From: an uncultured Methanosarcinales archaeon
GTDB taxonomy: Archaea > Nanobdellota > Nanobdellia > Woesearchaeales > CAXGTL01
Assembly: GCA_964645705.1 (NCBI GenBank)
Contig: CAZYAB010000004.1
Coordinates: forward strand, 295 to 64,294
Direction of reading: 5' to 3'
DNA: 64,000 nucleotides
Shown: positions 40,986 through 50,381 of the stretch, one piece after another
How the letters are laid out: each line of letters opens with the position of its first letter
Position numbering within the stretch: the stretch's first letter is position 1
Position numbers and translations under genes: made by a program
The notes under the pieces: model-generated
What the model was told of the DNA's origin: nothing
Database searches by the model: none
What the model saw: the letters and a program-made list of their open reading frames with translations, nothing else

Positions 40986-43166
40986 TTAAATAAAAAATTT
41001 AACAACAAGTAATATCAAGATTGCCAATAACAACACTGCAACAATTACTAGTAAAACAACATAAGCAGTTGAATCTGTAAATCCTTTGTCATCAATTATA
41101 ACTTGTCCTGCCCCTGTTCCTTCTGTTGAAGTTCCTTGATCTGTTTGATCTTGTTGTCCACCTGTTTGTGTTTGATCATCGCTTGAATCATCACTTGAAT
41201 CGTCTGTTGAATCATCTTGGCCAGCCAAAGCTTTAACAGTTAATTCTGTTTCAGCATAATCACTTTCTGTATCTGTATCATAATATGATTTGACTTTAAA
41301 CTTGTAAGTTCCTGCTTTAAATGATTCCTTTACTTCGAACTCAAAAGTATCACTGAATTTATGCTTTTTATTAGATAGATCTTGTTTTAGATCATGTATG
41401 TCGTCTTTTGTGTAAACCTTACTTATTTCTAACTCTTCGCACACAATTTCTAATTCAGCTTCATCTTCTTTATTTGCTCCTAAGTTTCTTATTTCAAAAT
41501 CTAGTCTTGCTCTATCTCCTTGATAAACAACTGGATTTTCAAATTTCAGTTTATTGATTTCAACAAAATGATCTCTTTTCTTTACTTCTAATGTTGCTGT
41601 CCACTCAAGCTTATGTGATGCTCCATTAGTATCTTCTCCATCAATAGTAATTATAACATTATAATTATCTTCATCAGCTTCTTCTGGAACAGTAAATTTA
41701 ATTTCTACTGTTTCTGATTCATCTCCAGCTTCAAGATCATCTATTGACTCTGATTCTTTTTCATCTTTACCATCATCAACTCTATCTAGAATTATTTCAG
41801 CATCAATATTTCTTATTTTGATGTCTTTTTCTTCTGTTTTAGTATCTGAAAAAATACTTTTAACTTCTAATGAAAATTCAAGATCACTTCCAGGTAAAAC
41901 TTCATAAATTTTTCCACCACTATTAAAAGAATCTTCAACATCTGTTTCTATATCATCATTATCAGGTGAATCATAGACAACATCTATTCTATTATCAACC
42001 ATTTCAAGCATTGATTTTGTGTTTAGATTTAAACCAACTGATTTATCATCAAGACCTGTTGCAGCAATTGTAATTGATCCAATTGAAATTATTCCTGAAT
42101 CTTGTGATGTTGGTACAGTTGCTTTAACTTGAATTTCTGCGCTTCCGCCTTTTTCTAATGAGAAAGCAGGTATTGAATCTGCAAATTCTGAACTTCCTTT
42201 CTTAAACTTAACAGCATAAGGATTATTTAATCCTGCTACAGAACTTACTGTTATTCCTTCAACTTTTTCATCCCCATCATTTTCTATTGTAAAAGCAAGA
42301 GCTGGAGTTTCAATACCCCTGCTTTGACTAGCTCCACCTAATGTAACAACTCCTTCAGATGTTTTTAATGATTTTCTTGATTCTCTTACATTAATTTCTA
42401 AAGGTACTGTTTTTGTTTTACCATCAGCATATGTAAATATAATATTTTCGCCAGTATATTTACCTTCTTGTTGACTAGTCGGAACTGTTAATGAAACAGT
42501 TGCAGTAACTTCTCCTAAATATCCTACACTTGTACTAGTTAATGATATAGCCATACCAGAAACATCTAATGTCGCGCCTTCTGCACTTGTCAGAGCATTT
42601 GGTTTTTGTATATCTGTAATTGAAAACTCTTTATTTCCTGTATTAGTTAATTTAAATGTAGTTGAATAAGATTTACCTATTAACACATCATTAAGAACAA
42701 AGTCAGGAACAGTCATTTCATATCTTATAGGTACGCTAAATGAAAAACCTTGAGTTGCTTCTAAAGCAGTAGGTGTTGTTGTAGAAACTTTAACAACCCC
42801 ATCATAAGTTCCTGGATATGTTTTAACAGGAACATTAACACTCATTGTTACGTCTTGAGTTGCACCAAATGCCAATGATGTAATTGGATTTGGATCAAAA
42901 GTTGCACCTGTTACTTTTTTATTAGTATCTGCTTGATTTTCAAAAGGAGTACTTAATTGTATAGCAACACTTGTTAATGGATCTCCTTCTGTTGCAGAAT
43001 TTCCTACTTGAAATGTTTTTGTATTGCTTGAATCATCTGCAATATCACCAAGATCTGTACTATCTCCTGGGTTTATTGTTAAAGCTGCATTAACTGAAAA
43101 TGCTAATGCAAATAAAATTACAAACAAAAACAATGTTTTTATTAATACACTTTTATTTAATTTCAT
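40986..43166 (-). CDS. Secreted surface protein (726 aa) with C-terminal CARDB-like module, Ser/Asp/Gln-rich linker and TM anchor
   Basis: Signal peptide LFVILFALAFSVNAALT. The C-terminal ~250 aa are homologous to the C-terminal module of the 2497-aa protein (EWTATLEVKKRDHFVEI vs EWQLTLQIEKEDNDLRI). The tail is DDSTDDSSDDSSDD…, followed by the TM VVLLVIVAVLLLAILILLV. Confidence 0.7.
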   Translation of the reverse strand: MKLNKSVLIKTLFLFVILFALAFSVNAALTINPGDSTDLGDIADDSSNTKTFQVGNSATEGDPLTSVAIQLSTPFENQADTNKKVTGATFDPNPITSLAFGATQDVTMSVNVPVKTYPGTYDGVVKVSTTTPTALEATQGFSFSVPIRYEMTVPDFVLNDVLIGKSYSTTFKLTNTGNKEFSITDIQKPNALTSAEGATLDVSGMAISLTSTSVGYLGEVTATVSLTVPTSQQEGKYTGENIIFTYADGKTKTVPLEINVRESRKSLKTSEGVVTLGGASQSRGIETPALAFTIENDGDEKVEGITVSSVAGLNNPYAVKFKKGSSEFADSIPAFSLEKGGSAEIQVKATVPTSQDSGIISIGSITIAATGLDDKSVGLNLNTKSMLEMVDNRIDVVYDSPDNDDIETDVEDSFNSGGKIYEVLPGSDLEFSLEVKSIFSDTKTEEKDIKIRNIDAEIILDRVDDGKDEKESESIDDLEAGDESETVEIKFTVPEEADEDNYNVIITIDGEDTNGASHKLEWTATLEVKKRDHFVEINKLKFENPVVYQGDRARLDFEIRNLGANKEDEAELEIVCEELEISKVYTKDDIHDLKQDLSNKKHKFSDTFEFEVKESFKAGTYKFKVKSYYDTDTESDYAETELTVKALAGQDDSTDDSSDDSSDDQTQTGGQQDQTDQGTSTEGTGAGQVIIDDKGFTDSTAYVVLLVIVAVLLLAILILLVVKFFI

Positions 43167-43359
43167 TTTGATATCACCATGTCTAGTTTTAAAGATTATA
43201 ACTTTATAGAGCCTCTAGAGCTCGAATTCCAACACCCCTAATTTTTGCTTTAATTATTCATGAGTAGTCACAAACAGTATATAAAGCTTATGATTCTACA
43301 AAACATATATTCAAGTATATAAGTCATTATATATAAATATTGAACTCTAAGCCTTTGAA

Positions 43360-44247
43360 ATGGCAAATATAGCATTTTCAAGCATTATAGGAGATTTTGT
43401 ATTAGATGAAAGATCAAAAAAGATTAAAAAGAAAAAACTAAAAAAAACAGAAAAATGCAAAAAAACACTTGAAACCAGTAAAAAAAGGCAATTTTTACTT
43501 TATTTGAGGAATAAAGACTATTTCAGACTATTTATCTCGAAAAATAAAGAAATAACAAAAAATAAAATAATAAAAAGCATAAATAATGAAAATCTTATAA
43601 TTCAAACAATAAACAACATAGAAGAAATAGAAAAATGCATAAACATGCTTTCAAAAAGACTTAGAGAATGGTTTTCTCTTCATTTACCAGAATTAGATAA
43701 AAAAACAGAAAAACACGAAAAATACGCAGAACTTATTATAAGAAAAAATAAATCAGACTTATTAAAACAATTAAAAACAAATAAACAACAATGTCTTGGC
43801 AAAGACCTTGATAAAAAACATTTAAATGAAATTAAATTCTTAGCAGGTGAAATATCAAACTTATTCAAATTAAAGAAAAAACATGAAAAATATCTTGAAG
43901 ACCTAATCAAACAATGCATGCCAAATACTCAAAAAGTAGCAGGAACATTAATATCTGCAAAATTACTTTCACACGCAGGATCTCTTCTTAGATTGATAGA
44001 ATTCCCATCATCAACAATACAATTATTAGGTGCAGAAAAAGCATTGTTCAGACATCTAAAAACAGGTGCTCGTTGCCCAAAACATGGATTGATTGTTTCA
44101 CACGAATTAGTTGTAAGAGCAAAAAATAAAGGAAAGATGGCAAGAATTTTGGCTGACAAAATATCAATTGCTGCAAAGGTTGATTATTTTAAAGGAGATT
44201 TTATTGGGGATGAGTTAAGAGAAAAATTAAACAAACTAAAAATATGA
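43360..44247 (+). CDS. nop5: Box C/D snoRNP protein Nop5 (Nop56/58)
   Basis: The NOP domain is present (LISAKLLSHAGSLLRLIEFPSSTIQLLGAEKALFRHLKTGARCPKHGLI). It sits immediately upstream of fibrillarin with a 4-nt overlap. Confidence 0.85.
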   Translation: MANIAFSSIIGDFVLDERSKKIKKKKLKKTEKCKKTLETSKKRQFLLYLRNKDYFRLFISKNKEITKNKIIKSINNENLIIQTINNIEEIEKCINMLSKRLREWFSLHLPELDKKTEKHEKYAELIIRKNKSDLLKQLKTNKQQCLGKDLDKKHLNEIKFLAGEISNLFKLKKKHEKYLEDLIKQCMPNTQKVAGTLISAKLLSHAGSLLRLIEFPSSTIQLLGAEKALFRHLKTGARCPKHGLIVSHELVVRAKNKGKMARILADKISIAAKVDYFKGDFIGDELREKLNKLKI

Positions 44248-44903
44248 AACAAACAAAATATCCAAAAATATTCGAAGACAAAGGAAGATTATACACGACT
44301 AACTTAGTCAAAGGTGTAAAAGTTTATGGAGAAAGATTAGCAAAAGAAAAAGGAATTGAATACAGACAATGGGATACAAGAAGAAGTAAATTAGGAGCAG
44401 CAGTAAAAAAAGGAATAAAACAATTAGGATTTAAGCCAGGAAATGTAGTATTATATTTAGGAAGTGCATCAGGAACAACAACATCGCACGTATCAGATAT
44501 TATAGGACTAGGCGGACTTATTTATGCAGTTGAATTTGCACCAAGAGTTATGCGTGATCTTATGTTTGTGTGCAATGATAGAAAGAATATTGCACCTATT
44601 TTGGCAGATGCTAATAAGCCGCAAGATTATGAAGATAAGATGTGCATGGTGGATTTTGTATTCCAAGACATTGCACAAAAAAACCAAGCAGACATTTTTT
44701 TAAAAAATTGTGAACTATTTCTAAAAGATGAAGGTTTAGCAATGATTGCTGTCAAATCAAGAAGCATTGACATTACAAAAAAACCAAGACAAATTTACAA
44801 AGAAGTAGAAAATAAATTAAAACAAAGCATGGAAATTCTTGATTTCAAAACATTAGATCCATTTGAAAAAGATCACTGTATTTTTCTATGTAAAAGAAAA
44901 TAA
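44244..44903 (+). CDS. flpA: Fibrillarin-like rRNA/tRNA 2'-O-methyltransferase
   Basis: VLYLGSASGTTTSHVSDIIG is the SAM-binding motif and VDFVFQDIAQ is present. The ~220 aa length and the Nop5-fibrillarin operon arrangement fit. Confidence 0.9.
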   Translation: MKQTKYPKIFEDKGRLYTTNLVKGVKVYGERLAKEKGIEYRQWDTRRSKLGAAVKKGIKQLGFKPGNVVLYLGSASGTTTSHVSDIIGLGGLIYAVEFAPRVMRDLMFVCNDRKNIAPILADANKPQDYEDKMCMVDFVFQDIAQKNQADIFLKNCELFLKDEGLAMIAVKSRSIDITKKPRQIYKEVENKLKQSMEILDFKTLDPFEKDHCIFLCKRK

Positions 44904-45071
44904 ACACAAAACCAAATAATTTTCAAGATTAATATGAAAAGATTTAAATATTATCTATATATTACTAATTACTATGATAAACACAATTTATTTAGGATGT
45001 TGTTGTTGTTAGAATTCTTTCATTGTTTTAGTTTTTAATCCATAATCATTCAAGATTATTATGATTATTCT

Positions 45072-45143
45072 GGAAGTGTGGCCAAGCGGCTAAGGCAAGA
45101 GGCTGCAACCCTCTGATCCTGGGTTCGAGTCCCAGCACTTCCT
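45072..45143 (+). tRNA. tRNA-Cys (anticodon GCA)
   Basis: Hand-folded cloverleaf. Acceptor GGAAGTG/CACTTCC. D-stem GCC(A)/(A)GGC. Anticodon stem AGAGG/CCTCT with loop CTGCAAC. T-arm CTGGG-TTCGAGT-CCCAG. 72 nt, no encoded CCA. Confidence 0.85.
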
Positions 45144-45287
45144 TCTCAAAAACTAAGACAATAATGAAAGACATAACAAAACAAAGAAGAAAATACAAGA
45201 TTAAAAAAAACAAACCAAAATAATAAATCAAATAGATTTGATTAGAACAAAATAAAAACAAACAATATAGGAGGCGAACAAATATGT

Positions 45288-46229
45288 ATGCAAAACTTGT
45301 TTTGCATGCTACGAATGAGATGGAGGCGAATGAGTATGAAAAATAATATATTACACACAATCGGGGACACACCCCTTGTTAGGATAAACAAATTAAATCC
45401 TAACAAAAATGTAAAGATTTATGCAAAGGTTGAAGGATTTAATCCAACCGGAAGTATCAAAGATAGGATTGCATTAAAAATGATACAACAAGCAGAAGCA
45501 GAAGGGACATTAACAAAAGATAAAACAATAATAGAAGCAACATCAGGCAACACAGGAATAGGATTGGCAATGATTGGAACAGTAAAAGGCTATAAAGTTG
45601 AGATTGTTATGAGTAGTGCTGTTTCAGTTGAAAGAAGAAAAATAATAAAAGCATTTGGAGCAAAAGTAACCCTGACAGATCCAAGTCAAGGAACAGATGG
45701 TGCAATAAAAAAAGTAAAAGATTTGGTGGAAAGATTTCCTGATAAATATTTTACTACAGACCAATACACAAACAAATACAATAAGATTGCACACTACAAA
45801 ACTACGGCAGAAGAGATTTGGAAACAAACAGGTGGTGAAATTGATTATTTTGTTTCAGCATTAGGAACATCAGGAACAATAATGGGTGTTGGTTTAGCAT
45901 TAAAAGAAAACAATCCTAACATAAAGATTGTCGAAGCACATCCTGTGAAAGGACACTATATCCAAGGCTTAAAAAACATGGAAGAAGCAATTGTGCCTGC
46001 AATCTATGATCCATCAAAAATAGATGAATCAATAATGATAGAAACAGAAGACGCATTTGAAATGACTAGACAAATTGTAAAACAAGAAGGAATCTTTGTA
46101 GGAATGAGTAGTGGAGCAGCACTCTTAGCAGCAATAGAAATAGCAAAAAAAATAGACAAAGGTACAATAGTTGTTATATTTCCAGACAGAGGAGAAAAGT
46201 ATTTAAGTACAGACCTATTTAATGCATAA
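45288..46229 (+). CDS. cysK: Cysteine synthase / O-acetyl(phospho)serine sulfhydrylase (PLP-dependent, CysK/CysM family)
   Basis: IGDTPLVRINKL…AKVEGFNPTGSIKDRIA contains the PLP-Lys motif, and GNTGIGLAM is present. The true start is probably the internal Met (MKNNILHTIGDTPL) at ~45336, which is preceded by GGAGG. Confidence 0.8.
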   Translation: MQNLFCMLRMRWRRMSMKNNILHTIGDTPLVRINKLNPNKNVKIYAKVEGFNPTGSIKDRIALKMIQQAEAEGTLTKDKTIIEATSGNTGIGLAMIGTVKGYKVEIVMSSAVSVERRKIIKAFGAKVTLTDPSQGTDGAIKKVKDLVERFPDKYFTTDQYTNKYNKIAHYKTTAEEIWKQTGGEIDYFVSALGTSGTIMGVGLALKENNPNIKIVEAHPVKGHYIQGLKNMEEAIVPAIYDPSKIDESIMIETEDAFEMTRQIVKQEGIFVGMSSGAALLAAIEIAKKIDKGTIVVIFPDRGEKYLSTDLFNA

Positions 46230-47652
46230 AGTACAAAAGCTGATTAAGATGATAAAAGGAAAATTAGTATTATATAATACTATGTCAAGGAAGAAAGAAT
46301 TATTTGAACCAATTGTGTCAGGTGAAGTAGGATTTTATGCATGTGGTCCTACTGTTTATTGGTACCAGCACATTGGTAATCTAAGGACTTATGTATTCAA
46401 TGACATACTTAGAAGAGTATTATTATATAATGGATATAAAGTAAAACAAGTCATGAATGTTACAGATGTTGGCCACCTTACCAGTGATGAAGACACTGGT
46501 GAAGACAAGATGGAAAAAGCAGCTGCAAAAGAAGGTAAAAAAGCACAAGATATTGCTAATTATTACTGGAAAATATTTAGACAAGATTTTAGAAAACTAA
46601 ATATTATTGAACCAGATATTTGGTGTAAAGCAACAGAATACATACAAGAACAGATAAATATGTTAAAAGTCCTTGAAAAAAAAGGTTTTACATATAAAAC
46701 ATCAGATGGTATTTACTTTGACACATCTAAGCTAGATGATTATGGTAAATTAGCAGGAACAAAAACAGAAGAACAAGAAGCTGGTCAAAGAATTGACATG
46801 AAAGAAAAAAGAAATAAAACAGACTTTGCTTTATGGAAATTTTCAGAAGAACCAGGTAAAAGACAACAAGAATGGGATTCGCCATGGGGAATTGGTTATC
46901 CTGGTTGGCATCTTGAATGTTCAGCAATGGCTGCAAAACATCTTGGAAAACAATTTGATATCCATACTGGTGGCGAAGAACACATACCTATTCATCACAC
47001 CAATGAGATAGCGCAATCTGAAGCTACGTTTGGTAAAAAACCATGGGTAAAATATTGGATACATACTAGATGGTTATTGTTTAAGAATGAAAAGATGGCA
47101 AAGAGTAAAGGAGAGATTTACACAATATCTGCTTTAGAAGAAAAAGGTTTTAATCCTCTTGCATATAGATATTTTACATTCACATGTATTTACAGAAAAC
47201 AGTTGAACTTTGGATGGGATGAATTAAAAACAGCGCAAAAAGCTTATGACAGATTGAAGAATATAATAAGAGAAATAAAGAAAAATGAAAGTGATGACAA
47301 AGAAATAAATGAATTATATTTGACAAAATTTGAGCACGCAATTAATGATGATTTTAATATGCCGCAAGCACTAGCTGTTTTATGGGACTTAGTTAGAGAC
47401 AAAGATGCTAAAGGTAAATTAAAGACAATTCAAGAAATGGAAAAAGTATTTGCTTTAGACTTGTTAGTAGAAGAAGAACAGGTTGAAGTTTCAGATGAAA
47501 TAAAAAGATTAATTGACGAACGCGAAGAAGCAAGAAAAGACAAAGATTTTACAAAATCTGACAAGATAAGAGATGCACTAAAAGAAAAAGGAATTATTTT
47601 AGAAGATACCAAGGATGGTGTTAGGTGGAAGAAGGTTCAATCAAAAACATAA
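46222..47652 (+). CDS. cysS: Cysteinyl-tRNA synthetase
   Basis: LYNTMSRKKELFEP…FYACGPTVYWYQHIGNLRTYVFNDILRR has the HIGH-type HIGN motif. KMAKSKGE is the KMSKS motif. The zinc-binding Cys and HLEC context are present. The probable start is the internal Met at ~46249. Confidence 0.9.
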   Translation: MHKVQKLIKMIKGKLVLYNTMSRKKELFEPIVSGEVGFYACGPTVYWYQHIGNLRTYVFNDILRRVLLYNGYKVKQVMNVTDVGHLTSDEDTGEDKMEKAAAKEGKKAQDIANYYWKIFRQDFRKLNIIEPDIWCKATEYIQEQINMLKVLEKKGFTYKTSDGIYFDTSKLDDYGKLAGTKTEEQEAGQRIDMKEKRNKTDFALWKFSEEPGKRQQEWDSPWGIGYPGWHLECSAMAAKHLGKQFDIHTGGEEHIPIHHTNEIAQSEATFGKKPWVKYWIHTRWLLFKNEKMAKSKGEIYTISALEEKGFNPLAYRYFTFTCIYRKQLNFGWDELKTAQKAYDRLKNIIREIKKNESDDKEINELYLTKFEHAINDDFNMPQALAVLWDLVRDKDAKGKLKTIQEMEKVFALDLLVEEEQVEVSDEIKRLIDEREEARKDKDFTKSDKIRDALKEKGIILEDTKDGVRWKKVQSKT

Positions 47653-47663
47653 TAAAAAACAGA

Positions 47664-48440
47664 TTAAGCAACATCTTTTATAGTATCTGATGCTACACCA
47701 ATGATGTGGCCAGTAATACAATCTAAATAACTCTCACAGTAAATCACAGAATCATCATCATCTAATTCACTAGAATAACTGGTAGTAGAATCATCGCTAA
47801 CATAGCCAACAGGGAGAGCACACAAAAGCTGCAATCCTGGATGTATTGGTAGAGACCAACCACCTATCCTATTGTCACTCATTTCACTAATTGATTTTTT
47901 TTTAATAAGTTTCAAATAATCTTGAAAAAGTTTAGATTGGCCTTCTAATATAAATTCCCAAGCAGCTTCCCTAATTTTTTTTTCATTATATTGGTTTCTT
48001 CGAAGATTATATGCAACATCTGGGGAAAATACAAAGCCTTTTTCTTTTATAGCTTCATAAAGATCTTTACTTATTACAAGTGAGTGATGTGAAATACGCA
48101 TTTCAGGATTTAATGAATGAATTAATTCTTTAACAATTGGATCTGAATACAAACCAATTACTACTTCTCCTGATTTATCTGGGTCTACAGTAGTTATGCA
48201 GGCAGTATCAATCTCATTATCTTGTAACAATTTACGATCATAATCATTTTTTCCATTAACTCGTTGATCAATTAAAAATTCAGGTGTTATTGGATTTCTA
48301 GGGACATCAATAACATTGTTATCCTGATCTTTACCAGTTAAAAGTAATATCATTTGCTCAATGTTCCTTCCAGAAAATGATTTTAATTTTATAATTCCTG
48401 ATTCTGTTTTTTCTTGAAATATTAATTGTTTATTTTTCAT
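47664..48440 (-). CDS. Hypothetical protein
   Basis: 258-aa ORF with no recognisable motif. Confidence 0.4.
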   Translation of the reverse strand: MKNKQLIFQEKTESGIIKLKSFSGRNIEQMILLLTGKDQDNNVIDVPRNPITPEFLIDQRVNGKNDYDRKLLQDNEIDTACITTVDPDKSGEVVIGLYSDPIVKELIHSLNPEMRISHHSLVISKDLYEAIKEKGFVFSPDVAYNLRRNQYNEKKIREAAWEFILEGQSKLFQDYLKLIKKKSISEMSDNRIGGWSLPIHPGLQLLCALPVGYVSDDSTTSYSSELDDDDSVIYCESYLDCITGHIIGVASDTIKDVA

Positions 48441-48644
48441 AGTATTAGTGAGTAAGTAACACTAATTAATATACATTCTCTACAGGAAAAGTAGGAGTTG
48501 AATTTAAGAAAATGCGTCTGTTGTTGTCCTTTTAAAGTAGTAATAAACAGAAAGATTTATATACTAATTATACTATACTACTTTATATGACAAAACAAAA
48601 CATTAATGTGGACAACAAGAGGGAACTAGTTAGTTTGCACTCTC

Positions 48645-48986
48645 GTGCTGATCGTCTTTGTTTCAGAGAAATTATTTCTTACTTTACTTAAATTTGCACA
48701 AGAAAGGTTAACAGCTAAACAAAAGGCTATTCTTAATATTCTAGTATATAATCCTGTATTAGCTAAAAAACCAGTTACTCAAGTAGTTGGAATTCTAAAT
48801 AAAGAACTTAACAGTTCTCTTTCTACAATTTGGTTAAATCTTAACCAATTGAAACGAATCCAATTAGTTGATTATGGTTCATTCAAAAGTAAAGGAAGAC
48901 CAATCAAACTTACTGAAATAGGAAAATTTTTAGCAAGAAATCTAAATAAGTCGGTGGGCTCAAAATATGGAGAAAAAGAAAAATGA
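48645..48986 (+). CDS. Small winged-helix DNA-binding protein (putative transcriptional regulator)
   Basis: AILNILVYNPVLAKKPVTQVVGILNKELNSSLSTIWLNLNQLKRIQLVDY… resembles an ArsR/MarR-like wHTH. Confidence 0.4.
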   Translation: MLIVFVSEKLFLTLLKFAQERLTAKQKAILNILVYNPVLAKKPVTQVVGILNKELNSSLSTIWLNLNQLKRIQLVDYGSFKSKGRPIKLTEIGKFLARNLNKSVGSKYGEKEK

Positions 48987-49134
48987 GAAAATTAGAACAA
49001 AAATTAGGAAAAACAGTAAACATATTTTTTATGGGTCATAAATTGACAATGTAAAAGAAAAAAATGTAAAAAATTGAAACAGAAAAAACACCAAAGGTCA
49101 TAGGATTATATTCAGCAGTAATTTAATTAATTTT

Positions 49135-49845
49135 TTATTTTTTCAACACAAAATAAACACGACGATTTCCCTTCCCCTTATTACTAGACTTAAGAAATTC
49201 AATTACACCTATTTCTTTAACATTCTTTACTTGTGTTCCACCATCAGGTTGTTTATCTAGATTAGGTAAGTCTACAATACGTAATTGTTTGATTGCAGGT
49301 GGAAGCACAGAAGCTAATTTTACCATATTTGGATCATTCATACACTCTTCACGATCCATATAATAAATCTTCACATCATGATCACCAGAAATATATTCAT
49401 TAGACTTAACAATTGCTTGTTTCAACAATTCAGGATCATATTTCTCAATATTAAAATCAATCCTTGTCTGATCAATACCTATTTGGTTACCAGTGATCTT
49501 TGCACCATAATCTTTAAACAAAAACCCACACAAAACATGACAAGCAGTATGCATTCTCATCAATTTATGTCTACGATCCCAGTTCAATATACCTTTTACT
49601 TTATCTCCTACTTTTAAACCAGGCTTATCAATCTGTAAAGAAATATCATCGCCAAACTTCTTCGCATAAATTACATTATATTCAACATCACCACAGATTA
49701 ATTTACCTTCATCATGTGGTTGTCCACCTGATTCACCATAAAACAAAGTTTTATCTAATACAACAAACTTATCATCTTTTACAGAAACAACTTGTGCTTC
49801 AAATTCTTTTTCATATGAATTGTCTAGATAGAGTAATTTAGTCAT
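49135..49845 (-). CDS. alaX: AlaX-type aminoacyl-tRNA editing protein (AlaRS editing-domain homolog)
   Basis: The HTACHVL (HxxxH) zinc-binding motif plus a downstream Cys/His context and the ~236 aa size match AlaX-M-like trans-editing proteins. Confidence 0.6.
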   Translation of the reverse strand: MTKLLYLDNSYEKEFEAQVVSVKDDKFVVLDKTLFYGESGGQPHDEGKLICGDVEYNVIYAKKFGDDISLQIDKPGLKVGDKVKGILNWDRRHKLMRMHTACHVLCGFLFKDYGAKITGNQIGIDQTRIDFNIEKYDPELLKQAIVKSNEYISGDHDVKIYYMDREECMNDPNMVKLASVLPPAIKQLRIVDLPNLDKQPDGGTQVKNVKEIGVIEFLKSSNKGKGNRRVYFVLKK

Positions 49846-49851
49846 TTTTTA

Positions 49852-50337
49852 TCAACCCCTTATTATTTTTGGTATTTTATCAAATTCGTCGCGCTTAAAA
49901 AAATCAACAGATTTTTGAAGAACAACATATAAATTATTTAATGCATTAATTGGGTTTTTAACTAGATTAACCCAAGCATAATTTCCTCCATAAATAGATT
50001 TTTTAACGAGTTTTGAAAAATAATCATCTTCACCATCTTCTGAAAAATCTTGATTAAATTCTCTTTCAATAAACACATCCTCGAGTTTTGCAAATCTTTC
50101 AAATTTAGTTAGAGTCGCGTCTAAAGCATCTGAAGGATAAATATCTCTTTCAGTCAATGCCAATGCCTTTTTAACTAATCCCCCATCTATTTGATACATA
50201 ATTATAAAGAAAACATCATTGTATTTAACAATCAAATTATCATACTCTTCATCTTCACCACAAATTAATCTTATTGGTCCTTTTTGAACACTACACTTTG
50301 CTCTTTCTAACATATCAAAAAAATCTTTTGCATTCAT
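49852..50337 (-). CDS. Hypothetical protein
   Basis: 161-aa ORF. No motif recognised. Confidence 0.35.
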   Translation of the reverse strand: MNAKDFFDMLERAKCSVQKGPIRLICGEDEEYDNLIVKYNDVFFIIMYQIDGGLVKKALALTERDIYPSDALDATLTKFERFAKLEDVFIEREFNQDFSEDGEDDYFSKLVKKSIYGGNYAWVNLVKNPINALNNLYVVLQKSVDFFKRDEFDKIPKIIRG

Positions 50338-50381
50338 TTTTTATTATTTTACTGAAAATTAAATAAAATTTATAAGCCTTT

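Noticed and set aside
45046-45372. 108-aa minus-strand ORF overlapping the tRNA-Cys gene
   Set aside because: It overlaps a well-folded tRNA and the cysK leader. The hydrophobic junk-like translation (MCPRLCVIYYFSYSF…) makes it spurious.
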